Below are positions 9,398 through 17,278 of a stretch of DNA of 38,147 nt, one piece after another. Numbering within the stretch: position 1 is the first letter of the stretch; every line of letters starts with the position of its first letter. Under the pieces are notes generated by a model. That model was not told the DNA's origin and made no database searches. It saw only the letters and a program-made list of their open reading frames with translations. The DNA lies in assembly GCA_964486045.1 (NCBI GenBank), contig CAZALK010000027.1:1-38147 (forward strand), written 5' to 3'. The DNA is from an uncultured archaeon. Its GTDB lineage: Archaea; Asgardarchaeota; Lokiarchaeia; Sigyniarchaeales; SOKP01. Position numbers and translations under genes: made by a program.

Positions 9398-10729
9398 TTA
9401 TTTAATTTGAAAAAAAGATTCGTCGAATTCTGGTCTCCCTTTATATTTCGCCATTAAGAACCCAGCTCCTTTGTTTACATTTTGAAACATTGTAGATGGA
9501 AGTTCTATGCCAATTGAACTAAAAGCTTTTATTACATCATCAGTTGAAGGAGGACATCCCCTAATTGGAATCATTTCCTTTATATTGGGGTGATCTTTGT
9601 TTTTATTGTATTGACACTGACCAAGAAGAATAGTTTTATTCATTCCAGGGCTTGGTTCTTGAAGTTTACCATTTAAAAATTCGACATTATCAAATGGTTT
9701 ACCCTTCCTCGCTTGCCATGCACCTTTGATAATCATTAATAAAGTTCCATTAATTCCTGAGCAATAAGTGCACAAAGTACTATCATATTTATGATATTTT
9801 AATCCCTCTACCCCAATTCTCTGAAAAGGTAGTGGAAGATCTCCTGCATCATTATATATGAAATCCCATTCATGATGTGAAGCTAAACTGTCAATTGTCT
9901 CTCCTACAATTTCTACATCTGATAAATCCATAGGCCTATTTCTATCTTTTGCTGCTTGTACTAAGTGGGGTACATCTGTAGGGTTTATACCCAACAATTT
10001 AGAACCAACCAAGTCTGCCGATAAAATATCAGTGGAAGCAACTAAAATATTGTTTCTGTGGGCTTTTCCATCAATAGCAGGCCCTCTCTCAAGAGTGTAG
10101 ATTCCATCAATGATAGTCAATACCTTTTTTAGTTTGTTAGGTAATTTAGCTACATTATGATGTAAATCTTTAACTGGATCTTCACTATGAAACTTTTTCC
10201 GAGAAGCATAGTTAATTAATCCCTTCAAACATTTAAATCCTAATGTCACGACGGCTTGTGAATGAGTTTTTAATACGGGTATATCAATAACAACATCAGC
10301 AGCTAAAGCATCAGAACTAAAGTTAACCTTAAACCCGGTACCCAAATCTATCTTTTCAAAGGGACGGGTAAATGTATTTATTGGTTTCACACCATACCGT
10401 TCTTTAAGGAGATTATACCCTAATTTTTCAAATGCATCTTCTGCTGTTTCAGTATCTTTAACATCCGCAGTAACAATCCCTTCTCCAATTGATATATCAT
10501 CGATTCCACGTTCTTTAAGTAGAACAATAACATCTTCTATGACACGTGAACTAGTTATAACTCCCCACTTCGGAAAATTAGTAACGGCATTCCAGTATAC
10601 AATGTTAGGTTTAATAAACACCTTTGCATCCTTGGGGATTTCATCGAATAAATTTGTTAATTCAACTAATTTCCTCACTGATTCAAGAGGTTTTTCATAT
10701 TTTACAATTGAAACCTTTGATTTACTCAT
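9398..10729 (-). CDS. DUF362 domain-containing protein (probable Fe-S)
   Basis: VFIKPN, PVLKTH, IIDGIY..ERGP motifs; C-terminal CTYC, LGQC and GCPP. Confidence 0.8.
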   Translation of the reverse strand: MSKSKVSIVKYEKPLESVRKLVELTNLFDEIPKDAKVFIKPNIVYWNAVTNFPKWGVITSSRVIEDVIVLLKERGIDDISIGEGIVTADVKDTETAEDAFEKLGYNLLKERYGVKPINTFTRPFEKIDLGTGFKVNFSSDALAADVVIDIPVLKTHSQAVVTLGFKCLKGLINYASRKKFHSEDPVKDLHHNVAKLPNKLKKVLTIIDGIYTLERGPAIDGKAHRNNILVASTDILSADLVGSKLLGINPTDVPHLVQAAKDRNRPMDLSDVEIVGETIDSLASHHEWDFIYNDAGDLPLPFQRIGVEGLKYHKYDSTLCTYCSGINGTLLMIIKGAWQARKGKPFDNVEFLNGKLQEPSPGMNKTILLGQCQYNKNKDHPNIKEMIPIRGCPPSTDDVIKAFSSIGIELPSTMFQNVNKGAGFLMAKYKGRPEFDESFFQIK

Positions 10730-10869
10730 TTATTTACACCTAATAATTTGAGTGTTTAGTATTAGATGTGAATGTTAAATATTTTAAAAATTAATTTATT
10801 GCAAAAAATAAAAAAACAATTATTCAACGAAAATCATGTAAATAAGAAAAAACAGAAAATCAGCTAAAT

Positions 10870-11985
10870 TTAGTTAGAGTTTTTAAACATTGGGATGATT
10901 TCTTCACTTAAAATTTTCGTAACGTCAAAATATGTATAGGGTGCATTTCTGCTTGAGACTCCATTCTGTAGTTCCAAAACAAAATGTTCCGCTCCAGCGT
11001 CAACAAATTTCTGTATCTTTTTAATAATATCTTCCTTTGTACCAACCATCCCACTTTCCCGGATTAGTTTATCAGGAATGTCTTCTACTATAGGTGCCAG
11101 TTTATTAACTTTAAACTTTCTCGCATCTTCTCTGTCATACACTAAGATGCTCATTTCTTCACTACCAAATCCAGTAGCATCTTTAAACAACTGTTCATAA
11201 TCTTCTTTCCAGTATCCTAATTTCTTTAAAGTCTTTGGTTGTAGGGCTAATCCAGATTTCATACCGTTATAAAAAGATTCTAATCGACTTTCATCGTTAT
11301 GCATAAAGATTCGAGTAAAATACCCAAAAGTAAATTTATTTATATCTCTCCCTTTTTCTTTCATAATTCTAACAATTTTTTCTTTATTAGTTTTATAAAA
11401 GTCAGCAAATGCACCAAGAGGCATCCAACCATCAGCTATTTCCGCAGTAAGTTTTATAGTTTTAGGTCCATTCCCAGCTATCCAAACTGGGATCTCTGAT
11501 ACAGGTTTAGGAAGCAAAACAGCGTCATTAGTTTGAAAATATTTTCCTTCGAAAGTAACATTCCTCCCTTTATTCCAGAATTCCTTCATCAACCTAATTG
11601 ATTCATCCATTTTTGTTACCGCGTGACTATATGGTATGTTGTATGCCTTTAAATTCATTCCTTCTCCAGCTCCGATACCTAAAATGAAATTTCCCCCAGT
11701 TAGATGATTAAGTGTCGTAGACATTTGGGCTAAAGCTGCAGGATGCAGTCTGTAAGGATCGGTTACTGCTGATCCCAATGTCTTCCCTTTAGCCAATTCA
11801 GAAAATACACCTAGAAGAGGCCATAAGCATAAAAAGTCATCTATCGCCCCACCGGGAATTCCACTTAGGTGATCCGGGAGCCAAATTGTATCCCATGCTT
11901 CTTGACCCGCAGTAACTACCTTCTTCTTGAGAAGATCCCATGAACGAGAATAATAGAGATTATTCCCAAATTTTATGTCTGTCAT
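10870..11985 (-). CDS. LLM-class (luciferase-like) flavin/F420-dependent oxidoreductase
   Basis: IWLPDH, SAVTDPYRLHPA, FILGIGAGE, PVWIAGNGPK, ADGW motifs. Confidence 0.88.
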   Translation of the reverse strand: MTDIKFGNNLYYSRSWDLLKKKVVTAGQEAWDTIWLPDHLSGIPGGAIDDFLCLWPLLGVFSELAKGKTLGSAVTDPYRLHPAALAQMSTTLNHLTGGNFILGIGAGEGMNLKAYNIPYSHAVTKMDESIRLMKEFWNKGRNVTFEGKYFQTNDAVLLPKPVSEIPVWIAGNGPKTIKLTAEIADGWMPLGAFADFYKTNKEKIVRIMKEKGRDINKFTFGYFTRIFMHNDESRLESFYNGMKSGLALQPKTLKKLGYWKEDYEQLFKDATGFGSEEMSILVYDREDARKFKVNKLAPIVEDIPDKLIRESGMVGTKEDIIKKIQKFVDAGAEHFVLELQNGVSSRNAPYTYFDVTKILSEEIIPMFKNSN

Positions 11986-12134
11986 GAAAATATTTAAATT
12001 TAAAATAGGTTAAGATATTTTAAAGTAAGCAAATTACAATTTAAGGTTTATTTTATCTCAATTGAAATACTAATATCTAATTTTTGGTATAAATAATACA
12101 ATATCTTAAATAGTCATAGAAATTATCTTTTCGT

Positions 12135-12659
12135 CTACCACTCGTTTTTCAAAATAGCAAGTATGATTGAATCATGATATTCACCATTTATGTAGACAGC
12201 TTGTCGTCTAGTTCCTTCTTTTCTAAAACCAACCTTCTCATATGATTTTAATGCTCGAGAATTGAAACTATGAGCTATAAGTTCAATTCGGTTGAGATTT
12301 AATGTATTAAACCCATAATTTACAAGTAATTTCATTGCCTCAGTTCCATAACCTTTACTATGGTAATTTTTCTCACCAATAACAATTCCACATGAACCTA
12401 CTCGGTTTTTCCAATCAACACTAATATCACAATTTCCTATAAGTAATTCTTCATTATTTTCACCATATATAATAATTGAGAAAAAAACATCATTTTCACG
12501 TTTATTTATTGCATTATACCAGTCTTCTTCCATATCTCTAGTGATTGGTCTGAAAATACTAAGATATTGAGTAATCTCAGGGTCAGTCATCCACTTTTGA
12601 AATTGCTCAATATATTCTTTCTTTGGGGGAACAAGTGTTACTCTATCTCCCTTTAACAT
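12135..12659 (-). CDS. GNAT N-acetyltransferase, RimJ/RimL/SpeG-like (paralog 2)
   Basis: KGYGTEAM acetyl-CoA motif, LNRIEL, N.RA..SYEKVGF..EG; start moved to ATG 12659 (MLKGDRV) because it aligns with the paralog's MLKGNNI and removes the overlap. Confidence 0.88.
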   Translation of the reverse strand: MLKGDRVTLVPPKKEYIEQFQKWMTDPEITQYLSIFRPITRDMEEDWYNAINKRENDVFFSIIIYGENNEELLIGNCDISVDWKNRVGSCGIVIGEKNYHSKGYGTEAMKLLVNYGFNTLNLNRIELIAHSFNSRALKSYEKVGFRKEGTRRQAVYINGEYHDSIILAILKNEW

Positions 12660-12751
12660 AAAAAGAAAAAGTCTGTGTTTGAATAAATAATTAATCAAAT
12701 ATCTTAGGAAATAGAAAAAATTAGGATTAAAATGGATCTTTAAAATGTAAT

Positions 12752-13300
12752 TTAACTTAATTGGTTTTTTTTCATCCATTCCTCTTGTAGAATACTCATA
12801 AAAATGGTATCGTGATATTCTCCATTGATAAACACAGCTTGTCTCATTCGTCCTTCTTCTACAAATCCTATTCTATTATAAGATTTTATAGCTCTATTAT
12901 TGAATTCATAGACGCGTAATTGAATGCGGTTTAGATTCACAGTTTTGAATCCATAATTTAATAATAATTCCATTGCTTCTGTTCCATATCCTTTACCTTG
13001 ATATTCTTTTTCTCCTATAGTGATTCCTACTTCCCCAACTCGATTTTTTAAATCTATAGCATGCAACCCACAATTTCCAATAAGCTTTTCTCCACCATTT
13101 TCTTCAGGAATAATAATCGCAAAATGAAAATTATCGTTTCGATTCTTTAGGTTGTCAAACCAATCTTCCTCCATCATGCGAGTAAGTGGTCGAAAATGGT
13201 TTAAATATTGAGTTATTTCTGGATCATTGAACCACTTGAGATAAGAATCAATATATTCTCTTTTAACTGGACCAAGTACTATATTGTTTCCTTTTAACAT
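12752..13300 (-). CDS. GNAT N-acetyltransferase, RimJ/RimL/SpeG-like (paralog 1)
   Basis: QGKGYGTEAM, LNRIQL, N.RAIKSY..IGF.EEG; start moved to ATG 13300 (MLKGNN), with a TATA-like TATTTAAA about 20-27 bp upstream. Confidence 0.88.
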   Translation of the reverse strand: MLKGNNIVLGPVKREYIDSYLKWFNDPEITQYLNHFRPLTRMMEEDWFDNLKNRNDNFHFAIIIPEENGGEKLIGNCGLHAIDLKNRVGEVGITIGEKEYQGKGYGTEAMELLLNYGFKTVNLNRIQLRVYEFNNRAIKSYNRIGFVEEGRMRQAVFINGEYHDTIFMSILQEEWMKKNQLS

Positions 13301-13379
13301 TAATGAGAAGAATTTGTATTTAAATAAGAAACTTACTGAAACGTCGAATAACAAAAAAGTAGGGGAAAAAGTAGGATAT

Positions 13380-16292
13380 TTAAAAAGTGATATTATACCT
13401 ACGAGCCGCGAATTTCACGCTTTCAAATGAAACAATACAAATTAATGAGATCAAAAAGCATACTAACCAATCTAGACCTGTTAAATACATGAACATAAAA
13501 TTTAATCCACGTTCAGCAAGCCATACTTGGACTCCCGGGATATACATCAACAGCAAAAAGATAAAAAATAAGAAACCAATTATAAGATACATCCTTTTTG
13601 TGCTATCTTCTATTAAACTTCTAATTAATGACTTATTTGGACGTCTAATCTGAAATATGAGAAAGGATTCACAGAAAAATAATGTGACCATAAGCATAGT
13701 TAATGTTTTTGCTTCTCTTAACCCAATTCCAAATGTGTTTAAATCGTCATTTACGGTTGTGAAAAGATATTCACCATTAAGAGCACCGAAATTAAAATTT
13801 TCAGTAAAAACGGGATAAGTTCCGCTAAAAGTTATATAGTAAACAACAATCATGCTTATAGCTAGTAGTATTCCAAATATTATCATTAAAATAAAAATAT
13901 TTTTAGATAGGATTTCCTCTGAGTCTCGTGGCTTTTCTTTCATCACATCGTCAGATATTGAATCAAATGTAAGAATTAAACCTGGAAACATATGTAGGGT
14001 TATTGATAGAAAAATCCATTGATAATAAAATGCTTCATTTAAAAAATAAGGCAAATTTAAAACAATTGCTAAGAAAAATTGAACTATACCTTCAAAAACG
14101 TTTATGCAAATATAGAAAATTACCACAGCGCGAATTTTTGCAAATATTCCTCTTCCTTGATTAATTCCTGTAACGATAGAACTAAAAGAATCGTCAGAGA
14201 TAACCATATCTGCTGCTTCTTTAGCAACGTCCGTTCCTGTAATGCCCATAGCTACTCCAGCGTCAGCCATATTCAATGCTAAAGCATCATTAACACCATC
14301 CCCCGTCATAGCAACAACTTTTTCTTGATCTTGGTATTTTTGAACAATATCTTGCTTATGTTCGGGGCTAACTCTGGCAAAAACTTTAATCTTATTAAAC
14401 TCTTCAAAATTTTTGACATTTTTGACTTCCTTGCCTTGAAGATGCGTATCACTTTCTGATGTTACAATTGAGATTTGTGAAGCAATAGCTTTTGCAGTAG
14501 CGGGAGAATCTCCGGTGATCATAACAACATCTACGCCAGCGGCATGACATTGTTCTACTGATTCCTTCACTCCTTCTCTCGGGGGATCTAAAATTGTAAC
14601 AAATCCTATGAAAGTTAAATTAGATTCACTTTCTTTCCTCCCCTCATCACCCTCAGGAGGAATCTCATTCATTTCTTTATAACATAAGCTTAGAATTCTA
14701 TAACCTTGATTAGCATAAATGTTGACGATTTCCATTACCTTTTCTTTAATTTCTTGATTGAATTCTATTTCCTTATCAGTATAGATTATTTTAGTGCATA
14801 ATGATGTTAAAACTTCACTCGCTCCTTTAGTAAAGGCAACGTATACATGATCTTTTTTGTATAGTTTTGTCATTCTTTTTAATGTTGAATCAAAAGGATA
14901 TTCTGTGATTGATTCATATTCATCGAGTAGATAATCTCCCATTCCTTTTTGGAATAATACCATTAAAGCTCCTTCTGTAGGGGATCCAATTACACCCCAT
15001 TGGTATAATGTTTTTCCAGACAACTCAATTTCATTTTTAACAAGCGCAGAATTGTTATTTAAAAAGCCCGCTGTTAAAAGTAACTTAAGATGAGGATAAT
15101 CTTCAATGTGTTTAATAGAAACATGATCCTTTGGATCATCCATTAAGATGATTTCTCCGTCAGGAGAATAACCACTCCCAGTAACTCTAAAAATAGAACC
15201 ATTTGCCCAAACATGTTGAACTGACATTTGATTTTTAGTTAAAGTACCTGTTTTATCAGAACATACTACACTAATACGCCCTAAACTATCAACAGAGGCA
15301 AGATTTCTTATAATAACGCCGTGATGAGCCATAGCAAGGACACCTGTTATTAAAACAATAGTTACAAGTAAGGGAATATTTATAGGCATTATATCAAGCG
15401 CGGAATTTAAACTTTCTACAATTTCCAATCGAGTAAATCCACTAGCAATCCACATAACCATTAAAGTAACAAGCCAAAATACGAAAACTGCCAACCCTAA
15501 CCATTTGCCAAAATTGTTCATTTTTTGTCGGATTGGAATTTCACTTGTACCGGCTTCTTCTAAACCATGAGAAATTTTCCCAATTTCAGTATTAGGGCCT
15601 ATTTTTACTACAATAGACTTTCCTGATCCTGTGGTAATGTAAGTTCCAAAAAATACCATGTTATACCGATCACCAATAGAAATTTCTTTTTCCTTTATTG
15701 GTTCTCCATTTCTTTCTTTTTCTACGGGTTCACTTTCACCTGTTAGTGATGCTTCATTAATTTCGAGGTTAAATCCTTCAATTATTCTTGCATCTGCAGG
15801 AATCTTATCTCCTTGATTTAAAGTTAATAAATCTCCTACAACGATCTCTTTAGTAGGAATCTCTAGTTTTACTCCATCTCTAATAATAGTAGATGTAGGT
15901 GCTGTTAACTCCCTCAAAGCATTTAATTTTTTGGTGGCTCGAAACTGTTGGATAATAGCAACTAAACAATTTAAGAAAACAATTCCCAAAGTTACTAATA
16001 ATAATGTCAGTTCCCCCTCATCAGCTAAAAGCCATGCTATAAATAAGATTAGAGAGCCTACAAGGTATATTACGATTAACCAGTTAAAAAGAGGGGCTAA
16101 ATATATCTTAATGAAGCCTTTTGAGGCCTTTGGGATTTCATTGGGTCCTTTTTCCAACAACCTTTTTTGAGCTTCTTTCTCAGTTAAGCCTTTTTCTGGA
16201 TCAGTCTGAAGGTCTTTGTAAATTTTCTCTAATTCCTGATCATAAAATTGTTCTTCTAATTCTTGATTATAAAATTGTTCTTCTGTAGCCAT
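13380..16292 (-). CDS. P-type ATPase, P2A-like scaffold with atypical TM4 (PINIP) and TM6 (LH)
   Basis: PAD, LTGES, CSDKTGTLT, KGA, DPPR, MITGD, FARVSP, TGDGVNDA motifs; multi-pass membrane domain. Confidence 0.95.
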   Translation of the reverse strand: MATEEQFYNQELEEQFYDQELEKIYKDLQTDPEKGLTEKEAQKRLLEKGPNEIPKASKGFIKIYLAPLFNWLIVIYLVGSLILFIAWLLADEGELTLLLVTLGIVFLNCLVAIIQQFRATKKLNALRELTAPTSTIIRDGVKLEIPTKEIVVGDLLTLNQGDKIPADARIIEGFNLEINEASLTGESEPVEKERNGEPIKEKEISIGDRYNMVFFGTYITTGSGKSIVVKIGPNTEIGKISHGLEEAGTSEIPIRQKMNNFGKWLGLAVFVFWLVTLMVMWIASGFTRLEIVESLNSALDIMPINIPLLVTIVLITGVLAMAHHGVIIRNLASVDSLGRISVVCSDKTGTLTKNQMSVQHVWANGSIFRVTGSGYSPDGEIILMDDPKDHVSIKHIEDYPHLKLLLTAGFLNNNSALVKNEIELSGKTLYQWGVIGSPTEGALMVLFQKGMGDYLLDEYESITEYPFDSTLKRMTKLYKKDHVYVAFTKGASEVLTSLCTKIIYTDKEIEFNQEIKEKVMEIVNIYANQGYRILSLCYKEMNEIPPEGDEGRKESESNLTFIGFVTILDPPREGVKESVEQCHAAGVDVVMITGDSPATAKAIASQISIVTSESDTHLQGKEVKNVKNFEEFNKIKVFARVSPEHKQDIVQKYQDQEKVVAMTGDGVNDALALNMADAGVAMGITGTDVAKEAADMVISDDSFSSIVTGINQGRGIFAKIRAVVIFYICINVFEGIVQFFLAIVLNLPYFLNEAFYYQWIFLSITLHMFPGLILTFDSISDDVMKEKPRDSEEILSKNIFILMIIFGILLAISMIVVYYITFSGTYPVFTENFNFGALNGEYLFTTVNDDLNTFGIGLREAKTLTMLMVTLFFCESFLIFQIRRPNKSLIRSLIEDSTKRMYLIIGFLFFIFLLLMYIPGVQVWLAERGLNFMFMYLTGLDWLVCFLISLICIVSFESVKFAARRYNITF
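16230..16283 (-). repeat. In-frame 27-bp tandem duplication at the ATPase N-terminus (EEQFYNQEL / EEQFYDQEL)
   Basis: Two adjacent 27-nt units (16230-16256 and 16257-16283) differing at 2 positions. Confidence 0.9.
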
Positions 16293-16559
16293 ATGAAACC
16301 ATTTAATTTTTTTTTATTTTAAATCAAGTATCAAATCAATCTGATAACATAACAATAATAATAATAACTTTTAACTTATTACATTTTGAAACCAGATTCT
16401 GCAATTTTTTATATTTGTAATAGAAAATTCCACTTATAATGGTCCAAAGTGTTAATTCTGATGGTTCTCTGGGGTGATTATTTGAAATTTTGAGGGTTAT
16501 TAGCTATTTTATGGTATCTATTTCTTGTTAAATAATAAAATCCGATAAGTTTGTCTTAT

Positions 16560-17099
16560 TTAACTCCATAATTGTCTAAGTTCTTTTCGATTAATCCTAG
16601 AAACCTGATCAACTGAAAAAAGGATAAAATTACAACATTTATTTTCCCAAGCTCTAGTTTTCACGTATTGTTTAAGATCAGTATTTAAATCAAAACCACA
16701 CAATTCTTCACACATTACTGATCCAAATTCTTCTTCGAACCTTCTACTAAATTTCACTGCTTTACCATATACTTTTGGGACATTTAAATCTTTTATTTTG
16801 TCTTGTCCTCCCGAGATAATCCCAATAGCCGCAATAGCACCAGAAATCGCGCCACTAGGACCTTTCCACCCATTCTTTCCCTTAAAATGAACCAAATCAC
16901 TGAATGGAATGGCTAGGTTGTTAAAGTAAACATTTTTTAAATCTTTTAAATTTAAAACTTCTATGATACTGTTAAGAGTATCAGCAGCACAACTATTTCC
17001 AATATTTTTTCCTAAAGGTGGGAGTACATTTTCTAATTCCATCAACTTTTCTTCAAACCGTTTAGTGATATCTGCTTGTGGAGCAGTAGAATTTGTCAA
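16560..17099 (-). CDS. C-GCAxxG-C-C family putative redox-active protein, possibly degenerate
   Basis: SCA, GP(S)GAISGA, FEEEFGSVMCEELCG and KCC pattern; TTG start. Confidence 0.75.
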   Translation of the reverse strand: MTNSTAPQADITKRFEEKLMELENVLPPLGKNIGNSCAADTLNSIIEVLNLKDLKNVYFNNLAIPFSDLVHFKGKNGWKGPSGAISGAIAAIGIISGGQDKIKDLNVPKVYGKAVKFSRRFEEEFGSVMCEELCGFDLNTDLKQYVKTRAWENKCCNFILFSVDQVSRINRKELRQLWS

Positions 17100-17278
17100 G
17101 ATAAGCTTAAAAGAAAGCTCATTCTATTTAAATTTAACGATGATCTGAGAAAAAATTTGAAATTTCTTCGGTACAACACAGATGTCGTAATGAGTTAAAA
17201 TATGTGGAGTTGAGAGGGAAGTAGAGACAAAAGAAAAAAGAATTTATTAGCAGGAAAATTAGTGAGTTGATTAAATAT

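Noticed and set aside
12660-12779. N-terminal extension of GNAT paralog 2 (and 13301-13354 for paralog 1)
   Set aside because: Low-complexity AT-rich translation; the paralogs align only from MLKG
16560-17278. Selenoprotein or SECIS at the C-GCAxxG-C-C gene
   Set aside because: No in-frame UGA at the Cys positions and no convincing SECIS hairpin
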